From positions 15,562,001-15,626,000 of the forward strand of contig NC_134025.1 of the NCBI RefSeq assembly GCF_964204645.1: a DNA stretch of 64,000 nucleotides, in the 5' to 3' direction. Each line of letters begins with the position of its first letter. Positions within the stretch are counted from its first letter, which is position 1. Shown here one piece after another: positions 39,700 through 53,517 of this stretch. The position numbers were made by a program, and so were the translations under genes. Below the pieces are notes generated by a model. It saw only the letters and a program-made list of their open reading frames with translations. It was not told the origin of the DNA and did not search any database. Origin of the DNA: Tubulanus polymorphus (taxonomy: Eukaryota > Animalia > Nemertea).

Positions 39700-39819
39700 C
39701 TCATTTAAACATTCATGGATCAAAGCTATTGAACTAAGTGTACCCAAACACAAATCATCAAACTTATTTGATTCATCTGCTATGATTCCACCATCTCCAG
39801 GTTCCTCCTTATATCCAGA
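39700..39819 (-). CDS. Host gene candidate exon: SGYKEEPGDGGIIADESNKFDDLCLGTLSSIALIHECLNE
   Basis: Acceptor ttttttcag, donor GTAAGT, 120 bp open in phase 0/0. Confidence 0.7.
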
Positions 39820-39862
39820 CTGAAAAAATCCAAAATGAAAAAGATTTTCAGTCGACACCTTT

Positions 39863-41007
39863 CAGGGGCAGATCCAGGGGGGGTTCCGAGGGTTCTAGAA
39901 TACCGTCGTATTATGCACGATATGTATGCATCACACACGCATCATCACGCGACAGTCTGAGCATTACTGCACTTATCAATAGTACACATGCACGCAGGTA
40001 TATACTCTAGTGATCGGTAATGTATAGACGCCGCTCACTAGTGTGCGGCACGTGTATGAATGCTATTGTTTAAACCATTTCGTTCCACTATTTTTTAATC
40101 ATATCATGTCAGCATGTGGCCGCCTACAATACTGTAGTAACAGCACGTGATACAATATCGATTTTCTAGATCAGGGATGATAAGGGGCCATAATTTAAAA
40201 GGAAGAAAATTTTAAATCTCGTAATAACTTATAAATACTGAATGCCGTAGGCGTGAAATCACTGACAGCGCCAGCTGCCAGCTACGAGCGCCAAAGGCGC
40301 GAAGTAATGATGGGGGCCCTCCCCCAGAAAATTTTGATTTTTCACATCGTCTCAGATCGTTTTTCAGCAGTTTTCACGTAGAAAATTCACTCAGAAAATC
40401 AAACAACATCGTCCGATGTTTTATCGTTAAGACACAGCTAGTTCCAAGACGAGTCAAGATGCTCATCATGTATTCATCTGCATAAGAAAACAATGTTAGC
40501 GGCGCCACAAAAGCCGTTTTTCAGTACTACACAGGCAACACTTGGTAAAAAATCAATAATGTAGATACATATATCCACAGACACACAGAAAGACGAAACT
40601 TTGTTTACGAAAATGATTGTATTTAAAATAGATCGGGAAACGCTTTTATGGTCATACCCATCTATCCTTAACATGCTATTATTCTCACCACCCCCTCCCC
40701 ATTTTTTTCCCCATTTTCTGCATTAATCTCAGGGATGATAAAAAAAATCTGAAAATTATCACCCCTGCTAGATGTATGCTCATGCTAGCCACGGCAAGTC
40801 GATTATTACGGAATTCACCACAAGTGTCATAACTGGTCATAACCCCCTACCTTCTTTTTTTTTAACATCAAATCTTTATCAATCTCAGAAATTTTTTTTT
40901 AAAGTAGGAATTCCGATTTAAGTCGGAAGATTGGGATCCCTGCATAGTAGTGAGTGCCCTTATATAATACGGAACCCCTTTGAGATAGGGCCCTGGATCC
41001 ACCCCTG
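39863..41007. mobile_element. hAT-like MITE with 5-bp TSD (ccttt)
   Basis: caggggcagatccaggg / ccctggatccacccctg, with ccttt at 39858-39862 and 41008-41012. Confidence 0.85.
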
Positions 41008-41350
41008 CCTTTTTGACAGGGTCGGTCGGCAATCGTAAACAAAGGTTTATTTCATGGCCTCATTTGGGACAAAGAAATTAATTCAGTTAACATGATATCA
41101 GGATAACACGTCAATTTCTTGTATATAGGCCTAAATGAACTCATGGACTGCAAATATTTTCAGATCAGACCAAAATCCAGATAAAGCCAATCCGGATTAT
41201 GCGGGCTTGACTGTATCAAGGAAATTTCATTTTCAGCGCTGTTGAAAAACAACTTGTCAATACATGCTTTCCTTTGTTGACAGTTCATTGATTCACCTTT
41301 CTAGTACCTTGTGCGGCCGACCCAGTTTTCCTCAAACACTTTATAGATAC

Positions 41351-43690
41351 CACTGTAGACTAAAATGTGTTAGGCCTAAATGTACCCCTTGTGAAAATAA
41401 AGTGCACTTCAAGTGCACTTCCATGAGTAAAGTACACTCAAAGTGAGTCTACTTTTGTGAAATTAGTGTACTTTTTCATAGGGAAAGTGCACTTCACAAA
41501 ATAGTGTACTCAGTGATTGTACTCATTAAGTCTGCTTTTGTAAAATTAGTGCACTTTATCAAAGGGAAAGTGCACTTCACGAAAAAGTGTACTCGGTAAG
41601 TATTCTACAAGTGTACCACCCAAGGCCAATCCCTTAAGAAAATAAAACGTATTTTCATGTATAAAAATCTATTATCTTTTTTTGTGTGTTTTCCATATGA
41701 AAATATATTTTTTAGCAAAGAAATGTATTTATTGGTCAGTATTTTTCAACAAAATATATTATTTTCATTCGGCTAAAGTAATGAGATAAAAGTAATTATA
41801 CGAATTAGCGTTCACTGTTGACTTACAAAAATGAAATGTCCAAAAACGACTTTGAAAAAATGCAGTCAGCACGGCGCCATTTGCAATTATTTTGAGCAAA
41901 TTTGTTGCTGTTTTTAATCAATTTTCGTAGTTAATTTCTTAGTTGGGACAGTCTGGTGTTTAAATTCAAGCTCCAGGGCAAGTATTATTAATTTTGTTGT
42001 ATAAAATATTTGACTTATGGTCGACGTTATGTTAAATGAGTGAACTGTAATCGGTACAATCTGTGGCATGTACTCTTCTTAATCAATTAAATCAAATGCA
42101 AAACTTTATCTTAATTTCATTCATGATGAATGGGATGTAATGTTAAATGTAAGTAATAAGTAGGCCTAGATTAAACCATGAGCGTTTTTTAAACCACAAT
42201 CTGTCCAGTACTGAAAGAGGCTGGTTTGTATGGTATTATTGATGATTTCTTAATATTTTACAGATGAAACTACCACAAGGATACTGGAGGCCAGCAACCA
42301 CGTACGATCATCATCAAGTCCAGTAGCGAAAAACGACCAAGTCGTCGGTCGAAGGTAGCGGCGCGCTGGCACTCGTATGGTCCGGCTGCCTGTCGGCGTC
42401 GTCGGTGTCCAGTAGCGAAAAACTACTAACCATAATCAGGTATTGCACAGTATTTGCCAATTATTTCTACATTTATATAATAACTTATAAAATGAAATTT
42501 TCCATTTATTTCCATTGATTTAGGCAAGTATATGAACTTTCAGCAAGAAAAAATTACTGAAAACGAGGATTTGTGTTATGGTAAGTGTTAATTGAAAACC
42601 GTTGTCGAGCAACTTGTTACAAAAACCCCATTTAATTTTTTCATTGTTTCGCTTAGATTGTACCTTTTTCTCCAGATGACTGATATTGTGGGTGGTCATA
42701 GATCTTTCCATAAAGATGTTGGCTCTTGATTATAGCCGTTAATAGTTCAGCATATCTATAGGCGATATATTTATGATTGCTGTACTGGACACTAAATATC
42801 TAAAAAGGCATATGCTCAAAGGGATTGGTCATTCAATAAAGGCTTCTCTTTCGTCAAACCAAGTGCAATAATTAGTAGTAAGTGGTTTGTCGTATTTGAG
42901 TTTTACAGGTGCCTTATTTTCATTGACAACCAGAATCAAATAGATTGATATCCATGATTTGGGAATCATTTTATTAGCTGATGTTGCTACAGATTTGCAC
43001 ATAATAATCTAACTTAAAGTTAGGGGGCCCTGACCTATTTCCTTTTTTAACAGAACTTTATTCACATTACTCTGTATATTACAGCATAAAATGATAACTT
43101 GCTGCTCAAGGTTAAGACAATAAGTCAAAGTAATTGTAAGAATATGCAGGTGGCTAAGGTTTAAAAGGTTTAAGTGACATACCTTTCAAAATGGTGCCCA
43201 TAAAAGGTTTGGGGCTCTCTGATACGAACCACTCTCAACACTTAATTAAAATTCAAGACCCAATAACTGACTAAGACAGCATTTCGTATCATAACTTATA
43301 TCCATTGTCACTTTTTGTTATTTCAGGTTATGTAAAAACGCAATTCCCAAATGCTGAAAGAGCAGCATTCATGGAGGAAGAAGCCTAACAATATGAAAAG
43401 TCGTATTACTATTAAAATTGTAAATAAGGCTGAATAATAACGGAGACAACATAAATGAAATTGGGCATTCAAGTTTCTATTAAGGTATTCAGGATTTTTT
43501 CTTTTGTGCAGAGAAGTGCACTTTGTTCCAATTCAGTGCAGTTTGAGTGTACTTTTTGAGTGCACTTTAGAATAGACTCAAAGTGTACTTTTAAAGTGGA
43601 CTTTAGGGGAAAGTGCACTTTGTTTCAATTCAGTGCACTTTGAGTGCACTTTGAAATGCACTTCTAAAGAGCACTTAAAGTACACTTTAT
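41351..43690. mobile_element. CACTA/EnSpm-like non-autonomous element with palindromic aagtgcactt subterminal arrays
   Basis: Starts cactgtag. Dense aagtgcactt/aagtgtact arrays at 41400-41600 and 43510-43690. The right terminus is not resolved. Confidence 0.55.
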
Positions 43691-46600
43691 TTTCATATTA
43701 ACATAAACTAAAATATCTTAAATAGGACCAATAATCCGGTGGCTCGTCAAACTGGTGTAAAGTAAAAAATCTGTCAGGTAGGCTACCGGTATACAAAAAT
43801 TCATTTCATCAAAAATTAAACGAGAATAAAATATATAAAAGGACTCAATTTTGATCAGTGTGAACTTTTAATGATAACTGACTTTTTACGAGAATGAAAT
43901 CTTTGAAAAATTGATTATAGGCCTTTTGTCTGAACAGATGTTCATAATTTTAATACATTCCTTGAATGACGTAAAACAACTAAAACTATGAGTGACCCAT
44001 TAAGATACGGAACAAACTTGGTGAGACCCTGGGTTTCATCAGAGGTTTTTCATTATCATATACGGACCAACCAGGACAGAAGCTCCCAAGTTCTTCAAAT
44101 CTGAGGCCAGTGCCAGTTATTGACGAAACAAAGATTATCGACTGACATGGTTTTTAATAATTTCACGATACGACTGCTTTAAGTAGCTTACATCTTCACT
44201 CAGACAAATCGTTGTTACGCGTGACCTACACCGTGGCGCGTGTACCCTATAACTGATACATACACGCAGTGAACACAAGAGTATAAGGCGATATTGCCTA
44301 CACGACTGTACACGACTGTTTTAAACGCGAACGCTCATAACTGTGCTGCAGTTAACAAACTAATACTAATAATAAGGCTCCAAAACGGATTGCTTATGCT
44401 TCAATTAATGATGATAAAACAAGTATTCCAACCATGTATATATCAGACTCATCTCTAAAAATCCGATGCTATCAATAAATCAGCCGTGTGGCGAACACGG
44501 TAGTAAATTTCCGCGTTTTGAAACCACATTTTTGTCAGATATCTTGATGCAACATACACAAAACTACATGAATCATTGAACACATCGCACACAATAAATC
44601 GTTATATCATATGCCTTGAATATCAGTATTCGCGCTAGAAATGATGAATATCAACCTATTCAATCGTGCCACCATTTTGTTGGTGAAATAACGCGTACCA
44701 GCTGATCCTCCTAGTTCAATGTTATGTCATCATGATGGAAGTCAAAACCGAGTCAACACAAATTTTATATAACCAAGATTTTGAGGGGTTTCGTCTTTGA
44801 AAGCCCATAACTACCTAACAAAGCGTCGGATTTTGGCGATATAAAGTTCTTCTGACGCAAATAGCATTGAATTTTCACATGTGTGATTTTGGATATTAAA
44901 GATGCTGCATGAAAATACGTGCTCAAATAAATCAAATTTTTGAAACTTTTTGGTTAATTTCTCAAAAAATATAAAACACACGGCTTTCAACTTTGCGTAC
45001 CATAAAGAAAAACCAATTACAAAATAAATGTTTGCTTAATGCTTTATTTCGCGCAGTAGTAGTGAAATTACAGGCTACTGAAATTGCGTTCGAGTGTGCT
45101 AAAAATAGCTTTGAGTGTAGTGTATTAAGCATACAAATAATTATCGATCGGCCAGACTGTTGACATAGGCACAGAAGGTGAATAAATACATCAGATCAAT
45201 CCTTGGCCTTATTGAATAGAATGTGGAAATACAATTTAATGTAAATTTGTTCATAAAAATTGAATTGGATTTGACATTTTTTGCAAAAACAAATTTGATT
45301 GTATTTGCAATTTCAATCACATGGCTAATTAGCATATCAAGGTCATCCATCCAATTTGAGAAAAAAAGCTATTTTGGAACCATGCATAATTGCCAATATT
45401 TTCTGTAGTCCAAATGAAAATATTTCTCCCAAAAAAACCAAATTAACTTAAGATTTCACAGAAATCAATCTATATATGATTTAAATCTTAAAATAAAACC
45501 CAAAAGAAAAACAGAAGAGGATTCCGGGGATTGACTTGACTTGTTAAGATTTTCGCGAAAAACCTCGCGTCAATCTTAACAAGGCCCTTTTTCAAAATTC
45601 AGCTCCCTAGGAATTGGAGAGCTTAAATGAATGATGTTATGAATATATTCTCACTTTGCACCGCCAGAAGGCCTTTCCTCTGGAAACCATGTCATTTAAA
45701 TCCGGCCCATTTGTATAGTAATAGGCCAGAAGTGGCTAGCCTGATAAAATTGAATTTATGTTTACTCGCAGAATAACATTTGTTTGAATTTGCAATTCTG
45801 GCACATAGCTTATTGGCATATCACGGTCAGCCATACCTAGCGTACAAGCCATACCTCCTTGACCCTTCTACAATTGTCAAAGATCAATTGTCCATAGTGT
45901 CGATAAAAAGTCATCAAACCAAATCAACTCAAGATTTTACAGAAATTGAACTTGAAATACAATTTTATAATAACACAGACGTAAAACAGTAGACAATAAC
46001 CAAAGATGAGAACGCTGACCTTAATCCGTGGTTTTTTCTTGAGTTAAACACATAAACCAGCTGACGACGAAGCTGTCGGCACCCGCAAGCGCCGAAGGCG
46101 CAAAGCAATTTCGGGTTTGGGGGCCCCCAAGAAAATTTTAGAAATTAAAAGTTTTCCCAGGACATATAGCGATCGTGAACCCATGAACGACTATTATATT
46201 TTGGATGGTAATGGCTATTTCCAATGTGGCATATCGTCATTCGATGACAATCAGCACCTCATGCATTTCGGGTCAAGCCCTGAATTATTGCAGTTAAAAT
46301 ACGCTTATGAATGCACACTAAAAATCATAGAAAATAACACAGTGTATAATATCTGAAGGCGTTCACCGCGTACGCGTGTGGCAACAGTAGGCCTATATAC
46401 ATTACTACTATTGCTGCGCGCATGTGTCTGCAACCAATCGATAAATACATACACATTGTAGTAGATACAAAATCAGTGTTGCAATGCAATACGCGACGAT
46501 TAGTAAAACAGGTGCTGAAGGCTTTTACAAATCGCGCCGGAACCAGCTGAGTGAGACCATCATAACCCCCCTATACTTTTACATCATTTTTGGACTATTT

Positions 46601-47947
46601 GGAAAATGATATTTTTCAATACCGAAATCCGCGGTTTCCCGCGTATCCACGGGGAATTCTCATCTCTGTAAATAACACAGGTTTATGTGAAGAGCTGCTG
46701 ATATCCATAGCTAACCCAATTAGAGAGAGACAATTTATCCAAAAAAAACAAGGTGTATTAGGAAAATATATGAAAACTACCCAGAATAACATATAGCTAC
46801 AAACGGACAATGGACAGAAAGTGGATGCTACAAATAGGCTAAAAAAGAAACAAAATTCTTAATATGAACTTCCCTAAATTTACGTGGTGGTGCATGTTTA
46901 ATCCTATCTATTGGGAAAGTGCTTCACATCCATGACTCAACATGGGTGTTTTGAAGCTGTTCACACACTGAAGCTTAAGATCAACTACTAATAATGCCCA
47001 TGGGCAAAGTGTGGTTTACCTTGAAAACTGGAGCCTGTTTGGCAAGGGCATAGCTTATGAGAAATCTTTTTAATTTGTGAATTCAAAGGTCTATTATTTC
47101 ATGTTATCTTTATGATATAATTATTTTGTAGTCAAATCCAGGCCAAAAATACATTTGTTTATGGTCGACATCCAAAATTTTGTAGGGTACAGGTAGGCAG
47201 GAACTATTTTATATTTCGAAAAAAACATGTTTTTCACAAAATGAAAAATATTTGAATAAAATTCTATGATATCAGAAATCAGAGGGTGGCTAAATAATCT
47301 TGACAATCTTTTCCAATGTATGGCCGCGGAAGCTATGAAACATACCGGTACCGTAATTAAAAATCAGCGCATGTCAGTAGATCATTTTAATACCACTAAA
47401 ATATTCAGACCTCGACCTATACCTATAGTTTGCTGCTAAACATTTTCAGGTCACAAGAAATTACAATTTATTACAAATTCTATCAAACAGAAAACACAGC
47501 GTTCATCTTCTGCTATAATAGTTTAAATGAAAGCCTATATTCATGTCAAACGTGCACGCTCCAGCAAGCAGTGTTGTTACAGTATCAATATATTTATACA
47601 TGTAGTAGTGTATACTGTAGTAATACGAGCAATCTTATGATTAGCACTCAGCTCCCAAGTGGAGGTTGTATGAATGTTCACTTACACTTCAAGGTCAATC
47701 AAAACAATTACCGGGTATTAAATTGAAACAATACCCATGGCGGATATGTGAAATAATTATATTCTCACCAGCAATGAGCATTTGGAATTTGCGAGAACAC
47801 GGCACCTAGTCCAATGAAATCTTCGCCATTTTGGCTTTCCCATAGTTATTTTAGTAGCGCCGGAATTCCCCGCATGTCCCAAAAAGAGCCAATCACATTT
47901 GCTTGTAGAGACGATGCCCCCCAATCGAGGTCATTGCAATTTTATAT

Positions 47948-49874
47948 CATCATCACCATCACCATCACCATCATCTGCCTTAGCTTGTCAGCTCTTCGCA
48001 CAGCATGGCATCGATCACAACCTGGCTCCACCTCGAGTGCTCTTCTGCTGCGCGGATGAGTGATCCAAGACTTAATCCAGTCCACTCCTTGATGTCATCC
48101 AGCCACATCCTGCGCGGTCGCCCTCTAATTCTTTTGTCATCAGCAGAGCCCTGCAGGATGGTATTTGCCAGAGAGCCCTTTGCCCTCGTGATGTGTCCAA
48201 ACCACAGCAGTTTCCGCTTTTTGACGGTGTCCATGAAGCTGTCATGGGATCCAATGATGTCAGTGACCATTTTTCTGACCTCCTTGTTAGATGTGTGCAA
48301 GCACCAGTGGACACCCAGGATGCGGCGAAGGCAATCATCTCAAATGCTGTTTTTCTCGTTGTGAGTTCGACATTCATGGTCCAGGATTCACAGGTGTATG
48401 AGAGGACTGCAAGCACCAAGGATCGTAACAGTCGAATTTTAGACTTCAAGCTGATGTTTCGATCTCGCCATACTGGTTTCAGTCTGGCGAGAGCTCCTGT
48501 TGCTTTCGCAATTCTTGCTTTTACTTCCTTTGTGGAGCTTCCATCCTCGGTCTGTATCGCCCCTAGGTACGTGAACTCAGTTAACTGTTCTAAGTTTGTG
48601 CCTCCAATATCAGTAACAGCCCGTGCTGCCCCACCACTGACCTATGTCTTGGTCTTTGATAGGCTCACTTCCATGCCATATCTCTTGCAGGACCGATCGA
48701 GTGAGGTGGCTTGGTTTTGGTGGTCTCTATCGCAGCTATTGATGAGATCTATGTCATCAGCAAACTTAAAGTTACTGACAATTCATCCGCCAATCTTCAC
48801 CGGCTCTTGGTAATCAATCATCCATTGACTCTTTAGCTTTTTCTTTTTGCCAATGATCTCATCGGCTGTGGTGGTGATGGCTTCTTTCGCTTTGCAGCAC
48901 AGTTCATTTGCACTCTCATCTAGCTCAATTAGTGGGGAAAATTTGCCGCCGATGGTGACCTGATAAACATCTCGAGTCTCTGGGTTCTTCAGCTTGTCAA
49001 GGTCATATTTCACTCTTGAGTTAGTCTTTCTTGGAAGTCTTTTTAGTCGGAGGTTCATGGTTGTCAACACCAGGTTGTGATTGCTCCCGATGTCAGCACC
49101 TGGGAATGTTCTGGTCCTCTTTAGGTTGAAGCTACTGAAGAATCTCCGGTCCACCATTAGATAGTCAATCAGATTGTGTGACTTCCCATTTGGTTAGTGC
49201 CAGGTTGCCTTTTGACTGAGTTTCTGTTTGCAAAAGGTGTTGAGTAATGCTAGGTTGTGGGTGCGTGCAAACTCCAACAAAATGAGCCCTTGGTCATTTG
49301 TTTTACCCAGCCCATGTCTTCCTATGGTACCCAGCCAGCCTGAATAGGCATCAGTCCCAATTTTGGCATACCAGTCTCCATTGTCCATAACCACATCTTG
49401 TTTTGGTAGCTTTGACATTACATCATTTACTTCTGAGTGGAATCGTTCCAGGGTTTCGTTGGGACGTTGTTAACCCGGGCCTCGTCCGATCCGGTATGAG
49501 TCTGGTTGAGCGTTTTACCATGTTGAAGCTTGGGCGTAATTTACCTGGCGGTGCCCAGCTACTCTCCAGGTGGTTTGAAATCAGTGTTTTCCCTCACTAA
49601 GGAAGACTGCCATCATCCAAGGCTACGAGCTCTTCCTACCCGGGAGGATGCCTTGAGTGGCTCATGGTCTGCCAGACCAGGTTTGGAATCAGAGTTTTCC
49701 GTCTCCTAGGTGCGGTTTTTTTTTCCAAGCACCACCAGCTCGGCTCACTATGGTCCGCGGTCGGCTTTCTGTGTTATAACCGGACAGGCCTCACGAATGA
49801 GGCTCCCCCAATCCGCCACCTGGGGATGCGCTGAGTGGCTCTGTGAGCTGAGCTCCTGGGAAATGACCCAGAAC
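47948..49874 (-). mobile_element. RTE-clade LINE, internally deleted (5' UTR, AP endonuclease part, RT part, 3' (GAT/GGT)n tail)
   Basis: GDWYAKIG, IDYLMV, GADIGSNHNLV, KFADDIDL, TYLG and KKRKLLWFGHITR motifs. TSD caattttatat at 47937-47947 and 49875-49885. Confidence 0.92.
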
Positions 49875-50481
49875 CAATTTTATATGCAAGAGCTAAAAAT
49901 TTTCCCGCCAAAAGCAGTTTTTCGTAGAATTTTAACAAAGTTGACCATGTCATCGACAGGGGTCGTTATGTCTTCAATTGCATCTATTATACATCGTTTA
50001 AGCCGAGAACCAATGAAACAAATGCCCACATAAAATAACGTACTGCGATTTTACATAATTGGCTCAATGCCAACTTCAATATCACTAACAAAGGTAAACG
50101 AAAAATCAGAAAAAGTATACAGCAAATCATAAGTAAAAATTCATTAACATTTCACTATTAGTTATTTAGAGATAAGAATTGGCGCAATTAGAATCTTTAA
50201 TTAGAAGTATTTAGTATGTCTAGAATCATTTGAAGTTCCTTGGAAAACTTTAAACTAGACCACATGCTAACTAAATAACTAAATCAACAAATAAGCAACG
50301 CTTTCCGATGAAAATCGATAAGAGATTCTATTACTGCAATGAATGTTTTGAAAGTTCTGAAAAAACTAAGCCACTATCTTTCGTGAGTTATTTTGTACCA
50401 AAGGGACAATTGTCATATGCGTTAGCAAAAATGGACCAAAAGTCTTTAAAGAGGTAGTCATATGGATCTAATCATACAAAC

Positions 50482-50612
50482 CATAGCTTCTCCCACTTCT
50501 TCTTGGAAAATTTCCTTTTGATTAATTGATGAAATAGATAAATTCTGCCATACAGCTCCTGTAGGATGATCAGTGTCTAAAACCAAACCTTCTGACAAAG
50601 GTTCAAGAGTTC
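50482..50612 (-). CDS. Host gene candidate exon: (G)TLEPLSEGLVLDTDHPTGAVWQNLSISSINQKEIFQEEVGEAM
   Basis: Acceptor ctttatag, donor GTTTGT, 131 bp, phase-0 end. Lies within ORF 50458-50661. Confidence 0.6.
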
Positions 50613-52307
50613 CTATAAAGATATATTTCATGATATCAAATTTTCTGATTGTAATAATCATTTACTCAATTAGCAATGATAATGTCATCAATCACCTCAT
50701 CAGAAATTGTACTCTAAAAATGATATTCAGAGAACCACCTAGCATATTATTCAGAACAAATCTGAGATATATATTCTAGTCAGCACGTGATGAAAATACA
50801 CACATTCTCGTAATACAGCACACACATACCTATTTACAGAGAATATATTTTCCTCTACTAACTTATAGTTCAAAAGGGGAAAACCGTTTTAGTCAGTTTC
50901 TGTCCCGCTAACATAGCCACTCATACTGATGCTCAAGGCAGTCTACACACTTGTTGCGTGTTGTTATATCGACATTTACGTTATAGCCTAAGACCCCAAA
51001 CCACGGGCCAGTTCCCTCACTCAACGCCTTCTCACCATATCGGCAGTTTGTTAGCCAGCACGTCTTATCCGTCTTGGAGGACGGGAAAAAAACTGAAATC
51101 ACAAATTGACGGGACGAGTAGAATATTGTCAGGACAGGTAATAAAGTAATATTTCACCAGAAAATGACGGGCATAATTTGTCCCGGTAACTTCTGATCAA
51201 TCAGCTGAGAGATTCATTCCACACGATAACGCGTCCCGCGATATTTTTATCAACTAGTAAAGTAGAGCAGTACCGCGCAAAGTGCCTCGTTTTGACAGCG
51301 GAATCTGCATACACGTCAATCAACGAGAGCAGTTCCGCAGTGAATGGCCTCGTTTTGAGAATAGATTCAGAACGGATCTGCATATCAATCAACATGATAC
51401 GATGTCTGCTAATAATGGTATGTTTATCCACTGAATTAGTGTCGTTATTTATGACAGAAACGTGTTGCTTTTATTTCATGTTTTTGATAACTAAAACTGG
51501 CAACAAACTGTGTATTTATTGAGCGACATCTGTTATCGTGAAAGCCAAATTGCCTATGAAACACCAGGATACTGCATCTTTTAGTGCTGGGTGTATTGCT
51601 AATCTAATCATGGCGGCTTGCCAAACATTGTACCGTGTTAGCAGTAATGGCATTCTATGTCTTCCCTGATTGAATGCAATTTTAGATTACGAAGTGGCAG
51701 TATCTTCCCTTATCTATACAGTAAATAGCTATAATAGCGTAATTAGTAATATATTTGCCATATCGGTTCGTGAGACATGTGCTCTCACTCACAGCATGCG
51801 ATTTACAATTTTTGTTTATTGATTCTTACTGTGATTGGTGGATCATTATAAAAAACATAACGAATAACAACACCATGTGCTTGAGCACATGGCTAATGTC
51901 ATATCACTTCAAATTTCAAGAATTTCAATAATAAATGAAAATCTAATCTAGTCAAACGCATTGGCATCCAGGTGGGCTAGGCCCGTAAAATATAACTAAG
52001 TGTGAATTTGCAGTCCCAGAGTTCATTGATTCTTGTAGTGTGTAATGGAAAAAAGTATTCTTTCATAGATTCAACAGTAATTCCTAATTATCAGATCAAA
52101 AACTAATGCCCATAATTACTAGGCCTAAATTGAATATCAAACTACAGCCCTCAATTTTTAAGCAGGTACGGGTATCTCGAATTAAGCCTATTATGTTACC
52201 TCCTTATCAGAGGATTTTTTAGACCAAACTAGCAAATTCACTTCAGGAAACAAAAGAAAATCAGATTCCAGTAGTCTAAGATAAGTCGTTTTTTCGGGTC
52301 GCAGCCT

Positions 52308-53516
52308 GTGTCACAGCAGCAAGAAAATGAAATCTCGGCGTATGAATCGGACAGCAACAGTTTTCATTCAGAAACAGAATCATCGAGAAGGCCTGCCAGC
52401 AGTAATAGGCCTACAGCAGAAACAACTGATGTCAGTGCCAGTTCCAGTACTAGCAGTTCTGAGTCCACTTGCGGACTAGGAATACAAAGAAGCATCAGTA
52501 CCGCCACAAAACCATTTTGTGAGAAATGGCTTAAGCAATTTCTTTGGCTTGAATATGATAAAGAGGAAAATAAAATGTTCTGCAGTCTCTGCAAGAAAGC
52601 CAAAAAAACTGGACCATTTGCCTGTACTGGTAGCAGAAATTTCAGATACCAGTATATTCTAAATCTTTCAATCCAAAAATTAATATGCCAAGCAGGTATA
52701 ATCATACGTCAACACAACTGAACCCAACCCATTCCCATGGAAGTCATTACAAAAATCAATTTTATCTTACAGTGGTAAATTGATAGGTGTATACACGATG
52801 TACTTTTTTTTCAGGAAAAAGTCTCTGACTGACCATATGCTGTCTGCAGATCATCGGCATGCTGTGGAGACAAGCAACCCCTGTCACCAGAGATTTGCAG
52901 ACACGTCCAAACAACTTCACTGCCGTTATATGCAGAGCAACCTTGATGGGGCTATAGCTGGCTTGAAAATTGCTTATTTTTGTATTATGAATGAGATCTC
53001 AAATGATAAATTCAAAACCCTCAGGGCTTTGGGATGCAGAACGGGAATAAAAGAATTAGAAAACCTGAGAAAAAGGAGAAATGCCACCCATGACTCCCCA
53101 GAAACATTCAACGAGGTATATTGATGCTGAAAATTGAACATGCTTTTATTTCTTTCTTTGAAATATCAAATGTGCATCACATTCCTAAATACATGAAGCT
53201 TCTAAAAACCTGTTGGCCTATGTTAACAGTGCTTATAATGCACATAATATTAACTGGTCCTTACTTGTAGATGTTACACTGTCTCAGTAATGTTATTGAC
53301 GACAAGCTGAAACAAATTCTGAAAAAATCACCCTACATTGGAATAGGAATGGATGATAGTACCGACAGATCATCTGAACAGCATTCTGTCCTTGTCATAA
53401 GGTAGACTCTTTTAATGTCATCATTCACCTCCCTGTTGTCATGTAGGCTATTGTTTGCAGAATATTTGGTTCTCTTTCAGATGCATTACTCCAAATGCCG
53501 AGGTTGTAACAACATC
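52308..53516 (+). pseudogene. Spliced hAT-type transposase relic (TTF-type zinc finger, ZNF862/DUF4371-like)
   Basis: FCEKWLKQFLWLEY...MFCSLCK, DHMLSADH and GIGMDDSTD. Exons at about 52308-52646, 52815-53116, 53271-53401 and 53481-53516. Cut by HINE copy 4. Confidence 0.75.
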
Positions 53517-53517
53517 T

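Noticed and set aside
48193-48813. 206-aa + strand ORF
   Set aside because: Antisense shadow of the RTE reverse transcriptase.
50660-50862. Additional upstream host exons (STISDEVIDDIIIAN; LVEENIFSVN)
   Set aside because: Splice signals exist, but I could not find a phase-consistent, stop-free join to the exon starting at 50612.
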